Positions 41,453 through 50,314 of a stretch of DNA of 64,000 nt are shown here, in pieces (position 1 is the first letter of the stretch; each line of letters opens with the position of its first letter). The position numbers and the translations under genes are program-made. This stretch comes from Alphaproteobacteria bacterium (GTDB taxonomy: Bacteria > Pseudomonadota > Alphaproteobacteria > CALKHQ01): the NCBI GenBank assembly GCA_965227515.1, contig CBDDFZ010000002.1, positions 1,024,001 through 1,088,000 of the forward strand. Direction: 5' to 3'. The notes under the pieces are model-generated. The model made no database searches. It worked only from the letters and a program-made list of their open reading frames with translations, and had not been told where the DNA came from.

Positions 41453-41920
41453 ATGTTGCGTTCTTGTGTACTGGCTGCGGCACTGGCCGTTGCCTCGGTC
41501 GGCGTTGCCGAGGCCTGTCCGGACTGGCAGCAACCGCCTTCGTTCGGCCAGATCGACCTTCAGGAGGGGTTTCCGCAAGACCCCTACACCCGCAGCATCA
41601 CGGCTGGCGGCACCTATGCGCTGGCCAACTGCTTCGGTCCCGAATACACCGGCACCGTCGCGCGCAAGCCGGACTTCGACATCTACTACAACACCAGCGG
41701 CGCCTCGAACCTGACGATCTACGTGGTCTCCAACTACGACACCATGCTGCTGATCAACGATCCGAACGGCAACTGGCTGTACAACGATGACTTCGGCGAC
41801 AGCCTGAACCCCAGCATCACGATCCAGAATGCGCCGGCCGGTCTCTACGATGTCTGGATCGGCTCTTTCGACGGCGGCCGCGGGCTGCCGGGAACGCTCT
41901 ACATCAGCGAACTCTACTAG
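41453..41920 (+). CDS. secreted PPC-like (pre-peptidase C-terminal-like) domain protein
   Basis: signal peptide; DP...AGG, PDF, DTMLLINDPNG.W..NDD and G.YDVWIG motifs. Confidence 0.78.
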   Translation: MLRSCVLAAALAVASVGVAEACPDWQQPPSFGQIDLQEGFPQDPYTRSITAGGTYALANCFGPEYTGTVARKPDFDIYYNTSGASNLTIYVVSNYDTMLLINDPNGNWLYNDDFGDSLNPSITIQNAPAGLYDVWIGSFDGGRGLPGTLYISELY

Positions 41921-42124
41921 CCCTCCGGCGCCATTCGGGCCGTCCGCCAATTGTGATCCGGTTGGCAATTCATTAACCATAACAGAACCTTGCACCAACC
42001 TTGCCGAGGCGCGTAGGGTGGGCCATATCCGGTTTGGTCCTACCCTGCGGGCTCAGCAAGACGGCATTTCGAGGCGTAGGGGAGGTGGGGCCACACCCGT
42101 TAACCCTGGGGAACTTCGAAAGGT

Positions 42125-42580
42125 ATGCGGGGGCAATTGGTATCGGCCTTGGTCGGCGTCGTGCTCGGCGTCGGCTGTGGGGTGCTCGGCTTCGTCATCG
42201 GGTGGGATGCCGCGCAGGAGAGCCTGCGCGAGAATCTGGTTTTCGTCAGCGCGGTCGACGACACTAGCACCGTCGAGATCATGGGCGAGGGCGGTACCGA
42301 AACGGTGCAACTGGTCGGTGTCGACCTGCCGCGCGTGAACGACGCGGCGTGCGTGGACGAGCGGCGCGCGGCCTATACCGCGGCCAACGCGCTGCGCAGC
42401 CTGATCGCGAATTTCAAGAACCGTGTGACACTGTCGGATATCGAGCCCGGCGCCGGCGGCGACGATGTGGTGCGGGCCCGTATCTGGGTCGACGACATCG
42501 ACGTGTCGCAGTGGCTGATCGACAACGGCTACGGCTTCCTGCCGGGCGACCCGGCGGCGTCCGGGTGGTGCGGTAACTAA
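42125..42580 (+). CDS. thermonuclease (SNase)-like membrane-anchored protein, probably degenerate
   Basis: VQLVGVDLP, DVSQWLI.NGY and C-terminal WC motifs. Confidence 0.65.
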   Translation: MRGQLVSALVGVVLGVGCGVLGFVIGWDAAQESLRENLVFVSAVDDTSTVEIMGEGGTETVQLVGVDLPRVNDAACVDERRAAYTAANALRSLIANFKNRVTLSDIEPGAGGDDVVRARIWVDDIDVSQWLIDNGYGFLPGDPAASGWCGN

Positions 42581-42621
42581 TTCGCTTAGCGGAAAAAGTC
42601 ACCGCACCACCGGGCCTGTAA

Positions 42622-43920
42622 TTACTCCGCCGCGGCGGCCTGGGGCGCCCCTGACAGGGCCTGATCCAGATCGGCGATGATGTCGTCGATGTGCTCGATG
42701 CCCACAGACAGGCGCACATAGCCCTCGGTGACGCCGGTGCGCAGCTGCTCCTCGGCCGTCAACTGCGAATGGGTCGTCGTCGCCGGATGGATCGCCAGGC
42801 TGCGCGCGTCGCCGATGTTGGCGACGTGGTAGAAGAGCTGCAGCCGGTTGATGAACTCCCGGCCGGCGTCACGCCCGCCCTTCAGCTCGAAGCCGACCAG
42901 GCCGCCATAGCCGCCCTTGAGGTAGGCATCGGCACGGCGCTTCGGCTCGCCGGACTGCAGACCGGGATAGATCACGTCGGCGACGTCGGCATGGTTGGAC
43001 AGATAATCGGCCACCTTGGCGGCGTTCTCGTTGTGCGCGCGCATGCGCAGCGGCAGCGTCTCCAGGCCCTGGATGAAGTTGAACGCGTTCATCGGGCTGA
43101 TCGCCGAGCCCAGGTCGCGCAACAGCACCGTGCGCATGCGCAGGGCATAGGCGATGGGCCCCAGCGGCTTCACCGCCTCGGTCCAGACCGCGCCGTGATA
43201 GCTGTGGTCCGGCGTGTTCAGCGCCGGCTGGCGCTCCGGATGCGCTTCCCAGTCGAAGGTGCCGCTGTCGACGACGATGCCGCCGATGGAGGTGCCGTGC
43301 CCGCCGATGTACTTGGTCATCGAATAGACGTTGATCGCCGCGCCATGGGCAAACGTGTTGCAGATGATGGGGGCGGCGGTGTTGTCCATGATCAGCGGGA
43401 TGCCGAACTCACGGCCAATGTCGGAGACTTCCTTGATCGGGAAGACGTGCAGCTTTGGGTTCGGCAGCGTTTCGGCGTAGTAGGCGCGGGTGCGGTCGTC
43501 GGTGGCGCGGCGGAAGTTCTCCGGGTCCGACGGGTCGACGAAGCGCACGTCGATGCCCTGCTGGCGCAGCGTGTTGTTGAACAGGTTCCAGGTGCCGCCA
43601 TAAAGGTCGGTGGAGCTGACCACGTTGTCGCCGGCCCAGGCCAGGTTCTGCAGCGCGAAGGCCGAGGCCGCCTGGCCGGAGCTGAGCGCCAGCGCCACGG
43701 CGCCGCCGTCCAGCGCGGCCATGCGCTGCTCCAGCACGTCCTGGGTCGGGTTCATGATGCGGGTGTAGATGTTGCCCAGTTCCTGCAACGCGAACAGGCG
43801 CGAGGCATGGTCGGTGTCCTGGAACTGGTACGACGTGGTCTGGTAGATCGGCACCGCGACGGCGCCCGTGGTCGGGTCGGCGCGGTGGCCGGCGTGCAGG
43901 ACGATTGTTTCCGGCTTCAT
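42622..43920 (-). CDS. metY: O-acetylhomoserine aminocarboxypropyltransferase
   Basis: PIYQTTSY, YTRIMNPT, SMTKYIGGHG, ANIGD and HPATTTHSQL motifs. Confidence 0.93.
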   Translation of the reverse strand: MKPETIVLHAGHRADPTTGAVAVPIYQTTSYQFQDTDHASRLFALQELGNIYTRIMNPTQDVLEQRMAALDGGAVALALSSGQAASAFALQNLAWAGDNVVSSTDLYGGTWNLFNNTLRQQGIDVRFVDPSDPENFRRATDDRTRAYYAETLPNPKLHVFPIKEVSDIGREFGIPLIMDNTAAPIICNTFAHGAAINVYSMTKYIGGHGTSIGGIVVDSGTFDWEAHPERQPALNTPDHSYHGAVWTEAVKPLGPIAYALRMRTVLLRDLGSAISPMNAFNFIQGLETLPLRMRAHNENAAKVADYLSNHADVADVIYPGLQSGEPKRRADAYLKGGYGGLVGFELKGGRDAGREFINRLQLFYHVANIGDARSLAIHPATTTHSQLTAEEQLRTGVTEGYVRLSVGIEHIDDIIADLDQALSGAPQAAAAE

Positions 43921-44128
43921 TATTTGGCGTCTCCTTTTTTGGTGCCGCGCGACGCGCGACCCGGTTGGCTTGGCAGTGTTGCGTACTCGACTGATGCACC
44001 GGGGGCGGGGCGTCGCGTCGCGCCATTTAGCGCATGGCAGCGTCAAACGTTGTGACGGCTGACACAGGATAGCGCGCCCCGGCGGCTTCTCAACGCGTTT
44101 CTGAGCGGCGCGAGGCGTTTGGCATCCG

Positions 44129-44779
44129 CTAGAACGGCTTGGTCAGCAGCACCCAGTTGCACACTGGATTGTCCCAGTCCTCCTTCACCGCCGGTCGACT
44201 GGCGACTTCCCGGCAACCCAACCGCTCATAAAGGCGGCGCGCCGCCGTATTGGTGTCGGCAACGATGATCGAAAGCCCAGTCGCGCCGGTTTCGCGCGCA
44301 CGCCGTTCCGCGTGGCGCAGCAGCTCCATGCCGTGGCCGTTGCGGCGATGGTGCGGGAAGGTGGCCAGTACATTCACATACCAGGTGCCGGGCGCCAGGT
44401 TTTCCAACGCCTGCAAGCCGGCGAACATGGGCGACAGCGTGGCGGTGTCGATGGGTTCCGGCGTGTCAGGCTGCCGGTAGCCGACCAGGCAGCCGGCGAT
44501 CTCGCCGTCGACCTCGCGCACCACGGCGTTGGCGTAGGAGAAGCAGCCGTGGTCGCGCCTTGCGCGCTCCCGGCCTACGGACCAAGGGTCCACGCCGGGT
44601 CCTGCCATCTGCCGCCACAGGTAAAGCGGCAGACCCTCGCCGGCCATGTTCACGGCGATGGCCAACGCAGCATCGTCGTCGGGCGTCGCGCGCCGGATGG
44701 TAGGGGCCTGTCCGGGGTTGACGGGCACGGTTGGCGCCCACGTAACGCCCATGTCGGCGCGCGCTGCAATGCTTGTCAT
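44129..44779 (-). CDS. GNAT acetyltransferase
   Basis: YVNVLATFP..RRNGHG and N.AARRLYERLG motifs. Confidence 0.88.
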   Translation of the reverse strand: MTSIAARADMGVTWAPTVPVNPGQAPTIRRATPDDDAALAIAVNMAGEGLPLYLWRQMAGPGVDPWSVGRERARRDHGCFSYANAVVREVDGEIAGCLVGYRQPDTPEPIDTATLSPMFAGLQALENLAPGTWYVNVLATFPHHRRNGHGMELLRHAERRARETGATGLSIIVADTNTAARRLYERLGCREVASRPAVKEDWDNPVCNWVLLTKPF

Positions 44780-44829
44780 GATGTCCTCGTCTGGTTGGTT
44801 GCCCTATCCGGGGCGTTGCAGTGACCGCG

Positions 44830-45948
44830 CTATGGGCGGCAGACGTAGTAGTAGTTCTGCACGTCGTGCGAGAGTTCGTTCACGTCGACGCTGCCAAAAC
44901 CCGCGGCGGTGAAGTACTCCAACGCCTTCTCCCGTCCCCACATCGCGCCCAGCCCCTCGCCGCCCTGCGCCAGCGACACGGTCATGCAGTGCATGCAAGA
45001 CACGGTGTAGAGCAACGGCCCGATCGGGTGATCCAGATTGCCGTGATGGTGGCTCGAGCCCTTGATGTCCTGGGCGAGATACACGCCGTCGTCCTTCAGC
45101 GTGCGCCGGATACCGCGCAGTACCTTCAGCGGTTGGGCCTGGTCGTGGACCGCATCGAACGTGGTCGCGAAATCGAACGCGTTCTGTTCGGCAGCCGTGT
45201 CAAAGTCGCTGAGGTCCCTTGCCTCGAAGGTAGCGTTCCGGTTGCCGCGCTCCGCTGCCTCCTGGCGCGCAAATCCGATGGCCTCCGCCGACAGGTCGTA
45301 GCCGACGAACGTGCTGTTGGGATAATGCGCGGCCAACAGGTTCAACGCGCGCCCGCGCCCGCAGCCGACGTCCACGACCCGGATGCCGGCGGCCAGCCGG
45401 TCCTTGATGCCTGGTACCAGCGGCAGGATCTCGTCAACCAGCGCCGGCAATACCGAAACGCCACTGTCCTCGGCCATCACCTCATGGAAGCGATGGAAGC
45501 GGTCGTAGGGCACGCCGCCGCCATCGCGGAAACATGCGAGGATGTCCTCCTCCACCGTGCCAAGCAGCGGCACGTACTGGGCGAAGATGGCCAGGTTGGC
45601 GCTGTCGCCGTCGCGGGTCAGCACGGCGGCATGCTCCGGCGGCAGGGCATAGGTCTCGGCGACCGGGTCGTGCTCGGTAATGCCGCCGACTGTCATGGCC
45701 CCCAGCCACTCGCGCACATAGCGCTCGTTCAGCATCGCCGCTTCAGCAAGCGCGCTACAACGCGCCGGGCCGATGGCGGCCAGGGTATCGAACAGTCCGG
45801 TGCGATGGCCGATAGAGGTCATCAGGCTCAGCGCGCCGGCGTTCAGCATGTCGACGACCTTCTCCTCGAACGCTTCGGCCTTGGCCTGATCGGGGGCCTG
45901 ATCGGAGGCCTGATCGGGCGAATGGATGGTTTCCAGTTGCGCGGACAT
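44830..45948 (-). CDS. class I SAM methyltransferase with N-terminal wHTH (Rv2258c-like)
   Basis: ERYVREWL, DVGCGRG, FDAVHD and CMTVSLAQGG.GLG motifs. Confidence 0.9.
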   Translation of the reverse strand: MSAQLETIHSPDQASDQAPDQAKAEAFEEKVVDMLNAGALSLMTSIGHRTGLFDTLAAIGPARCSALAEAAMLNERYVREWLGAMTVGGITEHDPVAETYALPPEHAAVLTRDGDSANLAIFAQYVPLLGTVEEDILACFRDGGGVPYDRFHRFHEVMAEDSGVSVLPALVDEILPLVPGIKDRLAAGIRVVDVGCGRGRALNLLAAHYPNSTFVGYDLSAEAIGFARQEAAERGNRNATFEARDLSDFDTAAEQNAFDFATTFDAVHDQAQPLKVLRGIRRTLKDDGVYLAQDIKGSSHHHGNLDHPIGPLLYTVSCMHCMTVSLAQGGEGLGAMWGREKALEYFTAAGFGSVDVNELSHDVQNYYYVCRP

Positions 45949-45962
45949 TGTGATATTCTCCC

Positions 45963-46009
45963 TTTTTATACTGACCAGTCTGTCTAAGACCGACCGGTTG
46001 GTATAAAAA
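45963..46009. promoter_or_regulatory. TetR-type operator (double palindrome)
   Basis: TTTTTATACTGACCAGTCTGTCT / AGACCGACCGGTTGGTATAAAAA near-perfect inverted repeat between the divergent methyltransferase and TetR genes. Confidence 0.8.
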
Positions 46010-46178
46010 AGGTCGCGCCGAGTCAATCCCCGGTTCAAACTTTTCTGGACGGCGGGGTCGTCGGCCCTTGCGAGCATGTGGCAGGTCACGCGTCGCGTGG
46101 GCTGGACGCGGCGGCGGCCATATGGGAATGAGCGGTGCGCCCTTTCAGCGGGTCGCGTCGAAGAGACAGAGCGAGAGC

Positions 46179-46826
46179 ATGCCGCGAGACGGAAGCCAGA
46201 CACGCACGAAGATCATGGACACGGCGGAACAGATGATCCTGGAGAAGGGATTCGGGGGCACATCGATCGACCGTGTCATCCAGGGTGCGGGCATCACCAA
46301 GGGCACCTTCTTCTATCACTTCGACACCAAGGCCGACCTGGCCTACGCGCTGGTGGAGCGATATGCCGGGTTCGACATCGGCCACCTGGATACCAATCTG
46401 GCGGCGGTCGAGGCGGAGTCGGATGACCCGCGCACGCAACTGATTGCCTTCGTGAAGCGTTTCGAGGATGCCGCCCAGCAACTTTCCGAGCCTTATCCGG
46501 GCTGCCTGTTCGGATCATATTGTTACGAGGCCGGCCTGTTCGACGAGCGCACGTTGGACGTGATCCAAGCCACCATGCTGACGTGGCGCGATCGGCTGGG
46601 TGCCAAGATCGCCAAGGTCATCGAGCGCCATACCCCGGCGCGCGCGGTGGACGCAGTTGCCCTGGCCGACATGATGACGGTGATCTTCGAGGGTGCGTTC
46701 ATCGTGTCGAAGACGCTGAAGGATCCCAAGGTCGTGACCGCCCAGGCCCGTCACTTCCGGCTGTTGCTGGAGCTTCTGTTCGATGTGCCGCCGGCAGCGG
46801 AAGATAGCGCCAAGTCCAAGGCGTAA
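46179..46826 (+). CDS. TetR/AcrR family transcriptional regulator
   Basis: N-terminal HTH TKGTFFYHFDTK; GCLFG motif. Confidence 0.94.
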   Translation: MPRDGSQTRTKIMDTAEQMILEKGFGGTSIDRVIQGAGITKGTFFYHFDTKADLAYALVERYAGFDIGHLDTNLAAVEAESDDPRTQLIAFVKRFEDAAQQLSEPYPGCLFGSYCYEAGLFDERTLDVIQATMLTWRDRLGAKIAKVIERHTPARAVDAVALADMMTVIFEGAFIVSKTLKDPKVVTAQARHFRLLLELLFDVPPAAEDSAKSKA

Positions 46827-47011
46827 GCCCCTAACGCGCCGCAGTTGTTCGCCGCTTCTGCCCCGATTGGCCGGTTCTGCCGGTTTTCGTCCCCACATCA
46901 CCCGACTTGGCCGCGACAACTCCCGTATTCGGCCCCGCCTGCACCATATCGCGCTGGTCAAACCCGCCTCGGCCGAAGCATTGGCCATCGAAAGCAGGAA
47001 GGGGAAAAGAC

Positions 47012-47947
47012 ATGGCTTCGATCAATGGTACCAACAACGCGGACACGCTGATCGGCGGCCCGCTTGACGACGTGATCAGGGCGCGCAACGGCGACGACAT
47101 CCTGGTCGGCGGGCTGGGCAACGACAGGCTGCTCGGCGGCAGGGGCGAGGACATTCTCTATGACGGCGCCGGCCGGGATCGGATGACCGGCGGCGCCGAT
47201 GCCGACATCTTCGTGCTCGGCGACGATGGCGAGAAGGACGTGATCACCGACTTCGAGGACGGCATCGACCTGATCGACATCCGCGCCGACGGGGTGGACG
47301 ATTTCTCCGACCTGACGCTGACCCAGCTCTCCAACGGCCGGGTCCGGGTCGACTACGGCAACGACTTCGTCATCGTGAAGGGCGGGCTCAGCGTGGCCGA
47401 TCTCACCGCCGACGACTTCATCTTCGACAATCACGACCGGATCGAGCTCGACTTCGAGGGCCTGAGCTATCCGGACCTGACGCCCGGGCCGTACGACACC
47501 ACCTATGGCGGCCAGCTCGGCCCGCAATATGCCGGGTTCGAGTGGTCGGGCATGGTGTTCGGGGTGGAGGGCGACGAGACGCCGGCGTCCGGCCTCGACA
47601 ACTCGTCGGGGTCCGGCGACAACGCCATCGTCAACGGGTTCGCCGCGGCGATCTCGTTCTCGGACGACACGCCGTTCGACTTCGAGCAGGTGGAGATGGG
47701 CGCGCTCTACCGCGACGGGCTGGAAGTCACCATCGAGGGCAAGCTGAACGGGCAGGTCGTGGGCACCCAGACCGTGGTGCTGAACACCGGCGGGTCGACG
47801 ACCGTACAGCTCGACGACGCCATCTTCGACGTGGTCGACGAGGTCTCGCTGACCCCGACCGGTGGGTCGGGCACCAACAGCCCAACCTACATGGCCTATG
47901 GCCCGAACGAGCACTTCTACATGGACGACATGGTGCTGTTCGCCTGA
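47012..47947 (+). CDS. RTX calcium-binding protein with C-terminal beta-rich domain
   Basis: GGxGxD repeats, ITDFEDG.D.ID, internal ADDFIF. Confidence 0.85.
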   Translation: MASINGTNNADTLIGGPLDDVIRARNGDDILVGGLGNDRLLGGRGEDILYDGAGRDRMTGGADADIFVLGDDGEKDVITDFEDGIDLIDIRADGVDDFSDLTLTQLSNGRVRVDYGNDFVIVKGGLSVADLTADDFIFDNHDRIELDFEGLSYPDLTPGPYDTTYGGQLGPQYAGFEWSGMVFGVEGDETPASGLDNSSGSGDNAIVNGFAAAISFSDDTPFDFEQVEMGALYRDGLEVTIEGKLNGQVVGTQTVVLNTGGSTTVQLDDAIFDVVDEVSLTPTGGSGTNSPTYMAYGPNEHFYMDDMVLFA

Positions 47948-48035
47948 CGCCGGTAGCCGCGCAACGCCCGTCCGGCCCCGCGCCGGGCGGGCGTGCAGGT
48001 TTGCGCCTCCAACCGCGTTCTGCGAGAATGCGACG

Positions 48036-48242
48036 ATGAAAAAGATTGGCAATCCAGGCCCCCGCGCGTCGATCTCACTCGCGGAAGCCCTGAACTTGCA
48101 GGCGATTGAGAACAATCCTCTCGACGCCGAACAGATTGCCATGTTCGAGATGTTCGAGCGGGAGGGCTGGGATCACGCGCGCCGCATTGCTTACATCCGC
48201 AAGAAATACACGGCGGGTGATGCCACGCACGCTGCTGAATGA
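48036..48242 (+). CDS. small FicA/VbhA-like antitoxin
   Basis: 68 aa, LQAIEN inhibitory-like motif, ATGA overlap with the Fic gene. Confidence 0.7.
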   Translation: MKKIGNPGPRASISLAEALNLQAIENNPLDAEQIAMFEMFEREGWDHARRIAYIRKKYTAGDATHAAE

Positions 48243-48805
48243 CCGATCGGGTCTACTGCTACCCGCCTGACTACACCGTTCTAACAAACAAGCTGGACAT
48301 TCGCGGGCCGCATGCGTTGGACACGGCCGAGCGCGCGCTGGTCGTGGCGCGCTTGACCGAGGGGCCGCCAAGCGGCGCATTCGACCTGGCGCATTTGTGC
48401 GCCATTCACAGCCACTTGTTTCAGGACGTCTACGAATGGGCAGGTGAGCTGCGCCGGGTTGAGATCTCGAAGGGCGGGCAGCAGTTTCAACCGCGCCGTT
48501 TCATTGAGGTCGGCATGGCGGACGTCCATCGGCGTCTCGTCGAGCAGAAGTTCCTGGCGGGCCTTGGCGCGGACGCGTTTTCAGCGGCAGCAGCCCATGT
48601 CATCGGCGATATCAACTATGTCCATCCGTTTCGCGATGGTAACGGACGAACGCAGTTAGTGTATTTGAAGCAGCTAGGCGCGCGTGCCGACCATGACATC
48701 GACCTGGCGCTCTTGCGGCGCGAGGCCTGGTTGGCAGCGTCCATTGCCGCGTTCAATGGCGACTACGGCCCAATGTCGGATCAGATTCGTGATGCCTGTG
48801 TTTGA
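48239..48805 (+). CDS. Fic domain toxin (FicT class)
   Basis: YCYP..VL.NKL.I, IH.HLFQDVYEWAG and HPFRDGNGR motifs. Confidence 0.92.
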   Translation: MTDRVYCYPPDYTVLTNKLDIRGPHALDTAERALVVARLTEGPPSGAFDLAHLCAIHSHLFQDVYEWAGELRRVEISKGGQQFQPRRFIEVGMADVHRRLVEQKFLAGLGADAFSAAAAHVIGDINYVHPFRDGNGRTQLVYLKQLGARADHDIDLALLRREAWLAASIAAFNGDYGPMSDQIRDACV

Positions 48806-48817
48806 AATGCCGACAGC

Positions 48818-49711
48818 ATGATCCGCGCCCATCCCATCGGCAGCGCGGGCTGGGGGCGCACTGCCGTGGCGTCGGTGGTCTGCCTGATCTACAGCCTGCC
48901 GGTCCTGGTGATCGTCTCGATCGCGTTCCAGGACCGGAACGACGTGCTCGACACCGATGGCGACAGCCTGGGCGCGCTGTTGGAGAGCGTCGTGGTGTTC
49001 CAGCCGACCCTGGACAATTTCGGCCGCATCTTCAGCTTCCAGGTGCCGGTCGGCGGTTCGGTCCGCGACACCCCGTTCGCCTGGTACTTCCTGAACTCGG
49101 CCATCGTGGTGGGGACGGCGGTGCTGGCGGCGCTGCTGCTCGGCACGCTCGCCGCCTATGGCTTCTCGCGCTATCCGCCGCGCGGCACCGGGCCGATGCT
49201 GATCTGGATCCTGGCCACGCGCATGCTGCCGCCTGTGGTGCTGGTGCTGCCGCTATTCGTGCTGTTCCATTTCATGGGCCTGACCGGCACCTATCTCGGC
49301 ATCATCCTGCTCTACACGTCGTTCAACCTGGCGTTCGCGATCTGGATGATGAAGAGCTTCTTCGACGATCTGCCGCGCGAGGTGGAGGACGCGGCGCGGC
49401 TCGACGGCAGCTCGGAGACGCGGGTGCTGTGGAAGATCTGCCTGCCGCAGGTGAAGGGCGGCATGGCGGCGACCGCCGTGTTCGGCCTGATCCTGACCTG
49501 GAACGAGTTGACGTTCGCCATGCTGATGACCGACGGCGACACCCGCCCGGTGCCGCCGGCGATGGTGGTGTCGATGGGGGCGGCGGGCAGCGCGGACTAC
49601 GGCTTCCTCGCCGCCATCGTCACCCTGTTTCTGGTGCCGGTGCTGGCGGTGACCTACGTGCTGCAGGGCCACCTGCTGCGGGGCGTGACGTTCGGGACGA
49701 TCCGCAGGTGA
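48818..49711 (+). CDS. orphan carbohydrate ABC transporter permease
   Basis: VEDAARLDG EAA loop, WNE motif, LLRGVTFG end. Confidence 0.9.
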   Translation: MIRAHPIGSAGWGRTAVASVVCLIYSLPVLVIVSIAFQDRNDVLDTDGDSLGALLESVVVFQPTLDNFGRIFSFQVPVGGSVRDTPFAWYFLNSAIVVGTAVLAALLLGTLAAYGFSRYPPRGTGPMLIWILATRMLPPVVLVLPLFVLFHFMGLTGTYLGIILLYTSFNLAFAIWMMKSFFDDLPREVEDAARLDGSSETRVLWKICLPQVKGGMAATAVFGLILTWNELTFAMLMTDGDTRPVPPAMVVSMGAAGSADYGFLAAIVTLFLVPVLAVTYVLQGHLLRGVTFGTIRR

Positions 49712-49717
49712 TGCCCC

Positions 49718-50167
49718 CTATTCCTTGCGGAACAGGTCGTGGCAGCCGGAGCAGTTCTCGCCAACGGCGGTGAACTCAGCCACGAAGTCGCCCGTCTTGA
49801 CCGCCTGCTCCAGCGCCGTGGCATTGACGACCATGTCGTCTGCGATGACCGAGAACTTCTCCCAATCCTGCCAGATCGCGTCCAGTGCCTCGCTGGGGGC
49901 ATCGTTGCTGCCGTCCGGGAACATCTCCGGCAGCATTTCCGCACCCTCACGCACGGCCGCCGCGGCCTGTTCCATCGTCGCCTGATCGAAGACCACCTCG
50001 CCGCGCAGCACCAGGGCCATTGCCTTCATGCCATCGCCCATCCGCTCCATCATGTCCATCCGCTCCTGCACGATGCCGGTGGCGCCGGAATGGGCGAACG
50101 CCGCATGGGCGATGGCGGCGGACGATGCGACGAGCGCACCGATCAGGGACAAGTGGGGCAAGCGCAC
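49718..50167 (-). CDS. cytochrome c' / c556 (class II)
   Basis: signal peptide, FP.GS, IWQDW..F and C-terminal CSGCH. Confidence 0.92.
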   Translation of the reverse strand: MRLPHLSLIGALVASSAAIAHAAFAHSGATGIVQERMDMMERMGDGMKAMALVLRGEVVFDQATMEQAAAAVREGAEMLPEMFPDGSNDAPSEALDAIWQDWEKFSVIADDMVVNATALEQAVKTGDFVAEFTAVGENCSGCHDLFRKE

Positions 50168-50314
50168 GACAATCGCTCCTCGGTTGTGTCGTCTGAGGCC
50201 CGGAGTCTGGCACAGGGTCGCCCGACGGCTCGAATGAACCTTGCGTGTGCTCGTGGTGGCAGGGTGGCAAAGACAGCAGGGTTGAGGGGGCAGTGAACGT
50301 GTTGGCGCACGGTC

